64,000 nucleotides of DNA from Planctomycetota bacterium (lineage in GTDB: Bacteria > Planctomycetota > UBA8742 > UBA2392). A program made the translations under genes and the position numbers. This document shows positions 1 through 8,557 of this stretch, in pieces. The stretch lies in assembly GCA_020638635.1 (NCBI GenBank), contig JACKIE010000002.1, positions 133,140-197,139 on the forward strand. Reading direction: 5' to 3'. The stretch's first letter is position 1. Every line of letters begins with the position of its first letter. Under the pieces are notes generated by a model. That model was not told the origin of the DNA. It ran no database searches and saw only the letters and a program-made list of their open reading frames with translations.

Positions 1-26
1 TGGCGCGACGTACCCAGGAGCATTCA

Positions 27-848
27 ATGTACCCGAACCACAATCGCAACCAGGGTTACCAGAGCTACGGCCCCGTCGAAGGTGCATACCCGCAGCAAGG
101 CTACCAGGCTGGTCCGCAGTATGCGGCCGGAGGCTACGCAGACAGCATTGACACCGGACAAGGCATCTACGAAGGCGACCTCGCAAGCGCGAGCGTAGCC
201 GCCTTCGCCAAGAAGGTGTACGTTTACTTCGCCAGTGCATTGTTGACGGCCACGCTGGCCAGCGTTGGTGGGGTGATGGCGGTTGAACATTTCATCGCCA
301 CCCAGAACATCTCGGCGCTGGGCACCATGCGGATCCTGTCGCTGGTGGCGTTCTTCGGCTCGTTCCTGTTTGTGGTTCTGACGCGCAAGGCGCACAGCCC
401 GCTGAAAACCGGCCTGCTGTACGTGTTTGCCGGCGCCTGCGGGATGATGATCGCCCCGATGCTGACATTCTTCATGAAGTCCGGCATGGGCATGAGCATC
501 GTGTTCGCTTTCGGCATTGCCACCGTTGTGTGGGGCGGGCTGTCGGTATACGTGCTGGCCACGGGCAAGGACTTCCGCGGGCTGGGCGGCTACCTGTTTG
601 CGGGCATTCTGCTGGTGCTGGGGCTGATCCTGCTCAACATCTTCGTTCCGTTCCCCGACGCGATTTCACGGCTGGTCATGGCCGGCATCCTGCTTCTCTT
701 TGTGGGCTACACCCTGTACGACACCTCCAGGGTAACGCGCGACTACTACCATGCGAATGACGCCGTGGGCGCGGCCTTGATGCTGTTCTATGACTTCTTC
801 ATCCTGTTCAAGTACATCCTGTATTTCCTGGGCGGCAGCCGGGACTAG
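27..848 (+). CDS. BAX inhibitor-1/YccA (TMBIM) family membrane protein
   Basis: 273-aa ORF. Q/Y/G-rich N-terminus followed by about 7 hydrophobic helices. The C-terminal DTSRVTRDYY...LFYDFFILFKYIL region is typical of the Bax-inhibitor family. Confidence 0.8.
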   Translation: MYPNHNRNQGYQSYGPVEGAYPQQGYQAGPQYAAGGYADSIDTGQGIYEGDLASASVAAFAKKVYVYFASALLTATLASVGGVMAVEHFIATQNISALGTMRILSLVAFFGSFLFVVLTRKAHSPLKTGLLYVFAGACGMMIAPMLTFFMKSGMGMSIVFAFGIATVVWGGLSVYVLATGKDFRGLGGYLFAGILLVLGLILLNIFVPFPDAISRLVMAGILLLFVGYTLYDTSRVTRDYYHANDAVGAALMLFYDFFILFKYILYFLGGSRD

Positions 849-918
849 CGGGGCTTGATACAACGGCTACACTCTTCGCGGCAGGCCGGTTGCGGCCTGC
901 CGTTTCCTTGGGATCGCC

Positions 919-2529
919 ATGCCGAAGAAGTTCAAGAGAGGCGCTGCCGACCGCAAACGCCGCGCCGGCAGCAAGAAGGCCCGCAAGCGCGACGCCGAAC
1001 GGCATGAGCGTAAGGCCCGCCGGCCCAACGCCAAGGTGGTCGGCAAGCGCGGCAAGCCCCGCCGCACAAAGCCGGAGCGTGAAGAATCACGCCCTGAAGA
1101 AGCCGCACCCCTGCGTGAGACGCCCCAGGGCAAGCCCTACACCCGGCGCCAGAAAACCGCGGCCGAGCTCGGCGTTGAATCGCGCGGCGGCCTGCGCCTG
1201 CCCGTGGTGGCGATCGTCGGCCGTCCCAACGTGGGCAAGAGCAGCCTGTTCAACCGCCTGGCCGGCAGCCGCATTTCGATTGAAGACCCGCGTCCCGGCA
1301 CCACCCGCGACCGCATCAGCACCCCAGTGCGCATCCGCAGCGAGGACGGCCAATTGCGCGTTGTCGAGCTGTTCGACACGGCCGGCATCGGCGTGGTGGA
1401 TGAGCAGCGCGTCAACGAACACGTGCACGAGCAGATCCACAACGCGGTCGCGTCGGCCGACGTGGTGGTGCTGCTCGTGGACGTGAAGGAAAGCCCCACC
1501 GCCCTGGACCGCGAGGCCGCCAACATGCTGCGCCGCGCCGGGCGCAAGGTGGTGCTGGTTGCCAACAAGGCCGATGACCCGGCCCACGACAAGCTGGCCG
1601 ACCAGTTCTTCGAGTTTGGGCTTGGCGACCCGGTGACGTGCTCGGCCAAGGGCGCGCGCAAGATGAAGCAGGTGGCCGCCGCCGTCTGCGAGTTGTTGCC
1701 GCCCAAGACCGGCGCCGAGACCATGGAGCCCCCCGAGTTGCTGCTCGCCATCGTGGGGCGCCGCAACGTGGGCAAGTCCACGCTGGTGAACGCCTTGGCG
1801 GAAGACGAGCGCGTGATCGCCAGCGAGCTGGAGGGTACCACGCGCGACAGTATCGACGTGCGCTTCACCCACGACGGTAAAACGTTCGTTGCAATCGACA
1901 CGGCCGGCGTGCGAAAGCGCAGCACACTGCAGCACAGCGTCGAGTTCTTCAGCCAAAGCCGCAGCTTCCGCGCCGTGCGCCGCGCAAGCGTGGTGGTGCT
2001 GATGCTGGACGCGCGCGAGCCGATCACCAAGATCGACCAGCAGCTGGTCGAGCTGGCGGTGCGCGAAGCCAAGCCGGTGATCATCGCGGTCAACAAGTGG
2101 GACCTGGTGAAGGGCCACACGACGGGCTCATTCACGGACTACCTCAGGCGCAAGCTTCACGCCATCGACTTCGCGCCTGTGGTGTACCTGTCGGCCAAGA
2201 ACCGCGAGAACGTGTTCGAGCTGCTTGAGGTCGCGCGCGACCTGCACCGGCAGACCGGGCACCGCATGGGCACCGGCGAGCTGAACCGCGTGGTAATGGG
2301 CGCCTACGACCGCCACCACCCGCAGCCGCGCAAGAGCAGGCTGGGGCGCATCTACTACGCCACGCAAGTGGAGACCTATCCGCCCAAGGTAGTGGTGTTC
2401 GTGAACGACCCCGAGCTGTTCCCGGAGAACTGGCGGCGCTACCTGCTGCACCAGCTTCAGCAGGAGTCGGATTTCCCGGAAGTGCCGATTCGCCTGAAAT
2501 TCAAGGCGCGCGCCAAGGTGCAGTTGTAG
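919..2529 (+). CDS. der: ribosome-biogenesis GTPase Der (EngA) with a long basic N-terminal extension
   Basis: Two tandem G domains (GRPNVGKSSLFNRL..DTAG..NKAD and GRRNVGKSTLVNAL..DTAGVRK..NKWD) plus a KH-like C-terminus. The first ~95 residues are K/R-rich, so the start codon is uncertain. Confidence 0.9.
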   Translation: MPKKFKRGAADRKRRAGSKKARKRDAERHERKARRPNAKVVGKRGKPRRTKPEREESRPEEAAPLRETPQGKPYTRRQKTAAELGVESRGGLRLPVVAIVGRPNVGKSSLFNRLAGSRISIEDPRPGTTRDRISTPVRIRSEDGQLRVVELFDTAGIGVVDEQRVNEHVHEQIHNAVASADVVVLLVDVKESPTALDREAANMLRRAGRKVVLVANKADDPAHDKLADQFFEFGLGDPVTCSAKGARKMKQVAAAVCELLPPKTGAETMEPPELLLAIVGRRNVGKSTLVNALAEDERVIASELEGTTRDSIDVRFTHDGKTFVAIDTAGVRKRSTLQHSVEFFSQSRSFRAVRRASVVVLMLDAREPITKIDQQLVELAVREAKPVIIAVNKWDLVKGHTTGSFTDYLRRKLHAIDFAPVVYLSAKNRENVFELLEVARDLHRQTGHRMGTGELNRVVMGAYDRHHPQPRKSRLGRIYYATQVETYPPKVVVFVNDPELFPENWRRYLLHQLQQESDFPEVPIRLKFKARAKVQL

Positions 2530-2598
2530 GCAAGGTCACAACCCCGCCACATCAACATTTGTCCCACACCTGTGGAAAAGAATCTGTCAGCAACTTGC

Positions 2599-2626
2599 TT
2601 GACGTGTCAAGAACAAGGGGTACACT
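2599..2626 (+). promoter_or_regulatory. sigma70-like promoter candidate (TTGACG-16 nt-TACACT) upstream of the nuo leader
   Basis: The hexamers are read directly from the sequence. The -35 element is embedded in the perfect palindrome CTTGAC-gt-GTCAAG (2598-2611). There is no experimental support. Confidence 0.35.
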
Positions 2627-3008
2627 TCCTCTGTCCGCAAGCACTTACGGCGGGCAACGTCGCCCGGACGCGGGCGGTTACAGATCGGCCTCACGGGCGC
2701 ACTGCTTTCAGCGCCCAGTGACGCCAGGACCCGAACGAAAGGAGGTGATCTGTGAGTAAATCAGACAGTCGAAAGCGTGGGGGGCATCGCTAGCCGAGAC
2801 CGACGGGCTTGGCTACACGAGCCCATCCCCTGCGTAGATATACGCTGGATTAGGGGTGTCTGCGAAAGCGGGCACCCCTGCCGCGCTTAATGAGTTCCGC
2901 GTCCCGCATGGCAGGCACAGTTGCCGCCCCGGAACCCTGCGCACCCTTGCTCTTGCCTGCTGCGTGTTTACGCGGTAAACCGTTCCCTGCAGCAGCTTTG
3001 GAGCGGAC

Positions 3009-3452
3009 GTGAACGCCGATATCTTCAGCCTTGCAGTCTACGCCGTGCTGATTTTCCTGGTCGCCAGCGGCGGCCTGGTTACGTCCATGCTGATCGGCAA
3101 GCGTCGCAAGGGCTTCGTCAAGGAAGAGCCCTACGAGTGCGGCGTTCCGCAGATCGGTGAGACGCGCACCGAGTTCAACGTGCGCTTCTTCGTGCTTTCG
3201 ATGCTGTTCGTGCTGTTCGACATCGAAACCGTGCTTCTGGCGCCTTACGCCATGACGTTCCTGGGCGACGTTGAGAGCGGCAAGGGCGTGGAATATCTGG
3301 CCGAAGTGGCCGTGTTCCTGGCTGTGCTGGGTTTCGGCCTGCTGTACGCATGGCGCAAGGGCGTACTGGACTGGAACGTGCCCCTGGGGCACTCGCCCGA
3401 CGAAGTCGTCCAGAAGGAACTTACCGGGTCGGAAGCAAAGCGGGCAGCCTGA
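3009..3452 (+). CDS. nuoA: NADH-quinone oxidoreductase subunit A
   Basis: GTG start. Three TM helices. Contains EPYECG and [12 protein letters not shown] motifs typical of NuoA/ND3. Confidence 0.9.
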   Translation: MNADIFSLAVYAVLIFLVASGGLVTSMLIGKRRKGFVKEEPYECGVPQIGETRTEFNVRFFVLSMLFVLFDIETVLLAPYAMTFLGDVESGKGVEYLAEVAVFLAVLGFGLLYAWRKGVLDWNVPLGHSPDEVVQKELTGSEAKRAA

Positions 3453-3463
3453 AAGGTAAAAAG

Positions 3464-3979
3464 ATGGGCCTCGAGCAGATGATTCCTTCGCTCGCCGGTG
3501 ATGGCTTCTTCACCACCCAGGTGAACAAGGTGATCGCCTGGGCGCGCAAGAACAGCCTGTGGCCGTACCCCTTCGGCACCGCATGTTGCGCCATCGAAAT
3601 GATGGCCACACTCAACTCGCGCTACGATTTATCGCGCTTCGGCGCCGAGGTGATACGCTTCAGCCCCCGACAATCAGACCTGCTGATCGTCTCCGGCCGC
3701 GTGGTGCTGAAGATGATGCCGGTGCTGGCCGAGATCTACCAGCAGATGGGCGAGCCGAAGTGGGTGATCAGCATGGGCGCTTGCGCCAGCACGGGCGGCG
3801 TGTTCAACACCTACCCACAGATTCAGGGTGTGGACCAGTTCATCCCGGTTGACGTGTACATCCCCGGCTGCCCGCCCCGCCCGGAAAGCCTGATCGACGG
3901 CGTGCTGAAGATCCAGAAGATCATCGACGGCCAGGCCGAGCGCGGTGAGTTCACCCGCCCGACCGTGGAAGCAAACTAG
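3464..3979 (+). CDS. nuoB: NADH-quinone oxidoreductase subunit B
   Basis: Carries the N2 cluster Cys ligands [16 protein letters not shown] and PGCPPRPE. The ATG at 3464 was chosen within ORF 3350..3979 because the upstream part overlaps nuoA and is Arg-rich. Confidence 0.92.
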   Translation: MGLEQMIPSLAGDGFFTTQVNKVIAWARKNSLWPYPFGTACCAIEMMATLNSRYDLSRFGAEVIRFSPRQSDLLIVSGRVVLKMMPVLAEIYQQMGEPKWVISMGACASTGGVFNTYPQIQGVDQFIPVDVYIPGCPPRPESLIDGVLKIQKIIDGQAERGEFTRPTVEAN

Positions 3980-3981
3980 TC

Positions 3982-4233
3982 ATGACGCGCGACGAAATCA
4001 CGAAGATGTACGAACGGCAGCCGTTTGAGCCATTCCGCATTCACCTAGCGGACGGGCGGGCAATTGATGTCGTGCATCGGGAGTTCATCGCAATCTCTCC
4101 GACGGGGCGCACGGTAACCGTCTATCAGCCTGACGGCGACTGGAACCTGATTGACCTGATGCTGGTTACGGACATTTCGCCACTCAGAAACGGGAAAGGC
4201 CGCAAGGGTGGGGGACGCAAGAAGGCTTCCTAG
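3982..4233 (+). CDS. small hypothetical protein inserted between nuoB and nuoC
   Basis: 83-aa ORF lying 2 nt after the nuoB stop and 3 nt before the nuoC start. It has a globular-looking N-terminal 65 aa and a GKGRKGGGRKK tail. I recognise no known Nuo subunit in it. Confidence 0.6.
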   Translation: MTRDEITKMYERQPFEPFRIHLADGRAIDVVHREFIAISPTGRTVTVYQPDGDWNLIDLMLVTDISPLRNGKGRKGGGRKKAS

Positions 4234-4236
4234 CGG

Positions 4237-4833
4237 ATGAAGACGATGACAGACCAAGCCAAGCCCGAGCCCAAACTGCCGCCGACCCATGACTCGCATC
4301 CGGCCAGCACCCGCGTGCTTGAGGAAAACCAGAACGACCTCGACCAGCTGCGCGACAAGCTTGCAGGCCGCTGCAGCGACGTGTCCGTCCAGTTCAAGCA
4401 GACCGTGATCAAGACCGACCGTGACAACGTGATCGCCGCCCTGGAGATCCTGAAGTCCGACCCGGAGTTGAAGTTCAACATGATCACGGACATCACGGCC
4501 GTGGACAACATGCGCCGCCCGGATTTCGAGCCGGAGCGCCGCTTCACAGTCATTCACACCGTCTACAGCGTGGAGCGCCGTAAGCGTGTGCGCCTCGAGA
4601 CGGACCTGTCCGAAAGCAGCCCGCGCATACCGACCGCAGCCGGCGTCTACAAAGGCGCCGCCTGGATCGAGCGCGAAATCTACGACATGTACGGCATCGA
4701 GTTTGAAGGCCACCCCGACCTGCGTCGCGTGCTGCTGCCCGACTACTACGAGCATTTCCCGCTGCGCAAGGACTACCCGCTGACAGGCCGCGGCGAGCGC
4801 GACAACTTCGTACGCGCTGAGGAAGTGGATTAG
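4237..4833 (+). CDS. nuoC: NADH-quinone oxidoreductase subunit C (30 kDa subunit)
   Basis: Contains ERRFTVIHTVYS, AAWIEREIYDMYGIEFEGHPDLRR and FPLRKDYPLTG motifs. Confidence 0.9.
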   Translation: MKTMTDQAKPEPKLPPTHDSHPASTRVLEENQNDLDQLRDKLAGRCSDVSVQFKQTVIKTDRDNVIAALEILKSDPELKFNMITDITAVDNMRRPDFEPERRFTVIHTVYSVERRKRVRLETDLSESSPRIPTAAGVYKGAAWIEREIYDMYGIEFEGHPDLRRVLLPDYYEHFPLRKDYPLTGRGERDNFVRAEEVD

Positions 4834-5102
4834 TACAATTGTCACATCAGTGCGGACTGAAAGGCGGCTGCTGCTCGGGGAGCAAACCGTGCCCGCCCCG
4901 CATTGTCGTGCTGCCCGCCACGGACTGACCCTGCTCCGGAAGGTCGGGTCCTTGGACGCATCCCGTCGCCTCGGCTCTCCATAAAGCTTTCCTCGCCGTG
5001 CAGGTCCTTTTAACACATTGTAATGCAAATCTGTTTGAAATCGGACGGGCAGGAGATATACTACTAACCGTTAATTTCACAACCGAGACCAGCGGCCATC
5101 CT

Positions 5103-7847
5103 ATGCCCCCCGAGCAGACGGACTTATTCACCCTGGATCAGGTCCGTGCTGTACTTGAGGCGATGCGGGCTGGCGTGATCATCACGGACTCAGATGGAAA
5201 ATTTCGGGTTTTCAACGCCGCGGCCGAGCGCATTATGGGTATCGGCGCCAAGGACGTTGGTCCGGACCAATGGGCCGACACCTACGGCGTGTTCCATCCC
5301 GATCGAACAACACCATATGTGGTGCATGAGTACCCGCTAATGCGCGCGCTCCAGGGAGCCGTGGTTGACAACGAAGAGATGTTCATTCGCAACCATTCGG
5401 TTCCAACGGGCATTCCCATCTCGGTATCGGCCGCTCCCATACATGATCAAGATGGAGCCATCATAGGCGGAGTTGCCACGATCTACGACATCTCTCCGGT
5501 GAAGCACGTCGAAGGCCGGCTGGATGAAGTCGGCCGGCAGTTGGTGCTTGCCCAGAAACTTGAAGCTGTGGGGCGGCTGGCCAGCGGTGTCGCGCACGAC
5601 TTCAACAATCAGTTGTCGGTGATCCTGAGCTTCACTCAGATGGCGCTTGATCAAGTTCCCGAGGATTCGGAAGCGGCAGCTGACCTGCGCTCCGTGGTCC
5701 AGGCCGCCAACCGGGCCGCCACTTTGACGCGCCAGTTGCTGGCCATGAGTCGCCGTTCCGTATCCACACCGCGTGTCGTGGTGGCCGATGAAGTCGTCAG
5801 CGAAGTTGAAAAGGTTCTGCGCCGCATCATCGGCGAAGATGTGAAGCTCCACGTCAAGCTGGATTCGAACCAGGCTTGTGTTTCGATGGACCCAACTCAG
5901 TTTGAGCAGATCCTGATGAACCTGGTGGTCAACGCTCGTGACGCGATGCCGTCCGGGGGCCTGATCACCATCACATCCGAGATTGCGGAACTGGACCAGA
6001 CCTACGCCGCGGGCCACCACGAAGTGAAGCCCGGTCCGTACTATTGCCTGACAGTGACCGACACCGGCCACGGCATGGACGCCGAAACTCTATCCCGGCT
6101 GTATGAACCATTCTTCACCACCAAGCCCGAAGGCCGAGGTACGGGGCTTGGCATGGCTATCGTCCATGGGCTGGTCAAACAGTCAAATGGCGTGATCCTT
6201 GTGTACTCCGAGCCGGGTGAGGGCACCTCGTTCAAGCTGTACTTCCCCTGCCTGGATGCGGAAGCCACGCGCACCATCCAGAAACCCGGTGAAGTCAGCG
6301 TGGACGGCCGCGGACGCACGGTGCTGCTCGTGGAAGACGACGCCCAAGTGCGCGCAGTGGCGTCGCGCATCCTCAAGCGCGAGGGATTTGAAGTGCTGGA
6401 GGCTTCCAACGCGCAGGAGGCGCGCGAAATCGGGATCGCGGCGGACCGTCCCATCGAAGTGCTGCTTTCCGACGTGGTAATGCCCGGCGTTTCCGGCCCG
6501 GAGCTGGCGGTGCAGCTTAGCCGCATGATCCCGGGCATGCGCGTCGTGCTGATGTCGGGATACCCGGCCGAGGCGCTGCTGAATCGCAAAACGGACCTTG
6601 CCAAGGCGAAGCTGATCTCAAAGCCGTTCTCACCGGCCGAGTTGCTGCGCGCGGTTGCAGCTGTGCTGGCGCCCCGCCAGGACACAGGCAGCGTGGACAA
6701 GTCGCTGGGGCATGTGCTGGTGGTGGACGACGACGAAAGTGTCCGCAAGCTGGTACGCCGCATGATGGAAACCCGCGGCTACACCGTGGTGGATGCCGAG
6801 AGCGTACAGGCCGGCATGGATCAGTTCACGGACGGCCCCGTCGATGTTGTGGTGTCAGACATCAACCTGCCTGACGGTCAGGGGCTGGACCTGCTGAAGC
6901 AGATCCGCCAGCGCGACATGGACGTGCCGGTGATCCTGATGACCGGCGCGCCGGACCTGGAGATGGCAACCGAGGCGATCCGATACGGCGCGTTCCGCTT
7001 TGTAGCCAAGCCCATTCCACAGGATGAACTGCTGCAGATGGTGTCATACGCCGTCCGCATGGGCCGGCTTTCCCGGCTCAAGCGTGAAGCGTTGAATCTG
7101 ACCGGCAAGGATGGAAAACGCCCGCGCGACCCGGCCGGGCTGGAGATCTGTTTTGAAGCTGCTCTCGATAGGCTGTGGGTAGAGTTCCAGCCAATCATGC
7201 GAACCGGTGAGCATACGGCATATGCCTACGAGGTGCTGGCCCGCAATGATGAGCCGACACTGCGTTCACCCGCGGCTCTGTTCGCGGCAGCAAGGGAGCT
7301 TGATCGGCTCAAGGAGTTGGGGCGTTTGATCCGGCGCAAAGCAGCGGAAGCGATCGGGAATGCGCCGCCGGGCGCGCTGCTGTTCGTAAACCTGGTAGCC
7401 CAGGATCTCGATGACAGTCACCTGTTTGACCCGGATGCTCCGCTTTCGCGAATCGCCGAGCGCGTGGTACTCGAGCTGACCGAGCGTGAGGCGCTTGAGC
7501 CCGGGCAGGAACTGGAAGCCAAGATCCATGCTCTGAGGCAGTTGGGCTTCCGCATCGCGGTGGACGACCTGGGCGCAGGCTACTCGGGCCTTGCCACCTT
7601 TGCACAGCTTTCGCCGGAGATCGTCAAGCTGGACATGTCGCTGGTGCGGGACATCGACAAGAACCTCGCCAAGCGGAAGACCGTTACCGCGATGATCGAG
7701 CTCTGCCAGGGACTCGGCATCAAGGTTGTGGCGGAGGGCATCGAGACATCCGCGGAGCGCGAGTGCCTGATGCGCCTGGGCTGCGACTTCCTGCAGGGCT
7801 ACTTCTTTTCACGACCGAGCAAAGAGTTCGTTACCGAGTTGGGGTGA
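5103..7847 (+). CDS. hybrid sensor histidine kinase: PAS-HisKA-HATPase-REC-REC-EAL
   Basis: PAS (GVIITDSDGKF); H-box SGVAHDFNNQLS; N/G boxes NLVVNARDAM and GTGLGMAIV. Two receiver domains (LLVEDD..SDVVMPG and LVVDDD..SDINLPDG). EAL domain with EVL, FVNL, ELTERE, DDLGAGYSG, KLD, EGIET and QGYFF. ATG 5103 is preferred over GTG 4998. Confidence 0.9.
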   Translation: MPPEQTDLFTLDQVRAVLEAMRAGVIITDSDGKFRVFNAAAERIMGIGAKDVGPDQWADTYGVFHPDRTTPYVVHEYPLMRALQGAVVDNEEMFIRNHSVPTGIPISVSAAPIHDQDGAIIGGVATIYDISPVKHVEGRLDEVGRQLVLAQKLEAVGRLASGVAHDFNNQLSVILSFTQMALDQVPEDSEAAADLRSVVQAANRAATLTRQLLAMSRRSVSTPRVVVADEVVSEVEKVLRRIIGEDVKLHVKLDSNQACVSMDPTQFEQILMNLVVNARDAMPSGGLITITSEIAELDQTYAAGHHEVKPGPYYCLTVTDTGHGMDAETLSRLYEPFFTTKPEGRGTGLGMAIVHGLVKQSNGVILVYSEPGEGTSFKLYFPCLDAEATRTIQKPGEVSVDGRGRTVLLVEDDAQVRAVASRILKREGFEVLEASNAQEAREIGIAADRPIEVLLSDVVMPGVSGPELAVQLSRMIPGMRVVLMSGYPAEALLNRKTDLAKAKLISKPFSPAELLRAVAAVLAPRQDTGSVDKSLGHVLVVDDDESVRKLVRRMMETRGYTVVDAESVQAGMDQFTDGPVDVVVSDINLPDGQGLDLLKQIRQRDMDVPVILMTGAPDLEMATEAIRYGAFRFVAKPIPQDELLQMVSYAVRMGRLSRLKREALNLTGKDGKRPRDPAGLEICFEAALDRLWVEFQPIMRTGEHTAYAYEVLARNDEPTLRSPAALFAAARELDRLKELGRLIRRKAAEAIGNAPPGALLFVNLVAQDLDDSHLFDPDAPLSRIAERVVLELTEREALEPGQELEAKIHALRQLGFRIAVDDLGAGYSGLATFAQLSPEIVKLDMSLVRDIDKNLAKRKTVTAMIELCQGLGIKVVAEGIETSAERECLMRLGCDFLQGYFFSRPSKEFVTELG

Positions 7848-7875
7848 CGGCCGGCGGGGGCCGAAGGCCGAGCCC

Positions 7876-8550
7876 TCAGGCCTTTTCGCACAGCAGCACC
7901 AGCTTTTCGCTGAACGGCCGCCAGTTCCAGACCTTGCGCACGATGCGCAAGCCGGCTTCCCGCATGTCGTCCTCAAGCTCGGCCACACTGTAGCGATGCT
8001 CGGGAACTTTCACCTTCATCCCGAGCGCCTTGCGGAGCTTTTTCCACCACAGGTTGATGCAGTACTTGTGGCGCACGTCCAGCACCACATAGCGTTTGGT
8101 GACGCGCCCGTATTCGCGGAAAATGCGGATACGCACGTCGTGCGGTACGTGCATCAGGAAACGGATGCTGATCACCAGGTCAAGCGCGCCGTCGGCAAAG
8201 GGCAGTCGCTCAGCGTTCATGCGCGCGCTACCGAGAAAGTTGTCGTGCTCGCCCGCATGCTCACGCGCCTTGGCCAGCATGGGGCCGGAGATGTCGCCGT
8301 TGATCAGCTTCCAGCCGTGCTGAAGGATTCGCGACGTGAAGCGCCCCGTTCCGCAGGGCAGATCCAGCACGAACTGAATGCCTTCCAGTCCGCGAGCGGC
8401 TTTCAGGATCATCCGCCACTTGCGTTCGGACTTGGGGCCCGCCAACCCACCCTTGAAGCGGCGGTCGTCGTATGCATCCACCACGTCGTCGCGCTGGTAG
8501 TGCGACTTTTTTGCGTCCCAGTCAGGTTGCCGTGGAAGCGGATCGTTCAC
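7876..8550 (-). CDS. class I SAM-dependent methyltransferase
   Basis: Motif [12 protein letters not shown] and a Methyltransf_11-like layout. GTG start. Confidence 0.85.
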   Translation of the reverse strand: MNDPLPRQPDWDAKKSHYQRDDVVDAYDDRRFKGGLAGPKSERKWRMILKAARGLEGIQFVLDLPCGTGRFTSRILQHGWKLINGDISGPMLAKAREHAGEHDNFLGSARMNAERLPFADGALDLVISIRFLMHVPHDVRIRIFREYGRVTKRYVVLDVRHKYCINLWWKKLRKALGMKVKVPEHRYSVAELEDDMREAGLRIVRKVWNWRPFSEKLVLLCEKA

Positions 8551-8557
8551 TGAAGTC

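Noticed and set aside
1087-2135. Two long minus-strand ORFs (343 and 332 aa) overlapping der
   Set aside because: They are antisense shadows of a clearly homologous plus-strand gene in GC-rich DNA. The translations are Arg/Ala/Gly/His-rich low-complexity sequences without motifs.
2559-2759. 66-aa ORF in the der-nuoA spacer
   Set aside because: It has no RBS or homology signal and spans the predicted promoter. It is more likely non-coding leader sequence.
2630-3008. Possible SRP, 6S, tmRNA or RNase P RNA in the long nuo leader
   Set aside because: I found none of the conserved cores I know (for example GGAAGCAGC of SRP helix 8, GAGGAAAGUCC of RNase P, or a tmRNA tag/CCA end). It is kept only as an unclassified structured leader.
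5855-5875. GGATTCGAACC, a T-loop-like tRNA motif
   Set aside because: It lies inside the kinase coding frame (LDSNQA) and has no flanking acceptor or anticodon stems. No tRNA was found elsewhere in the window.
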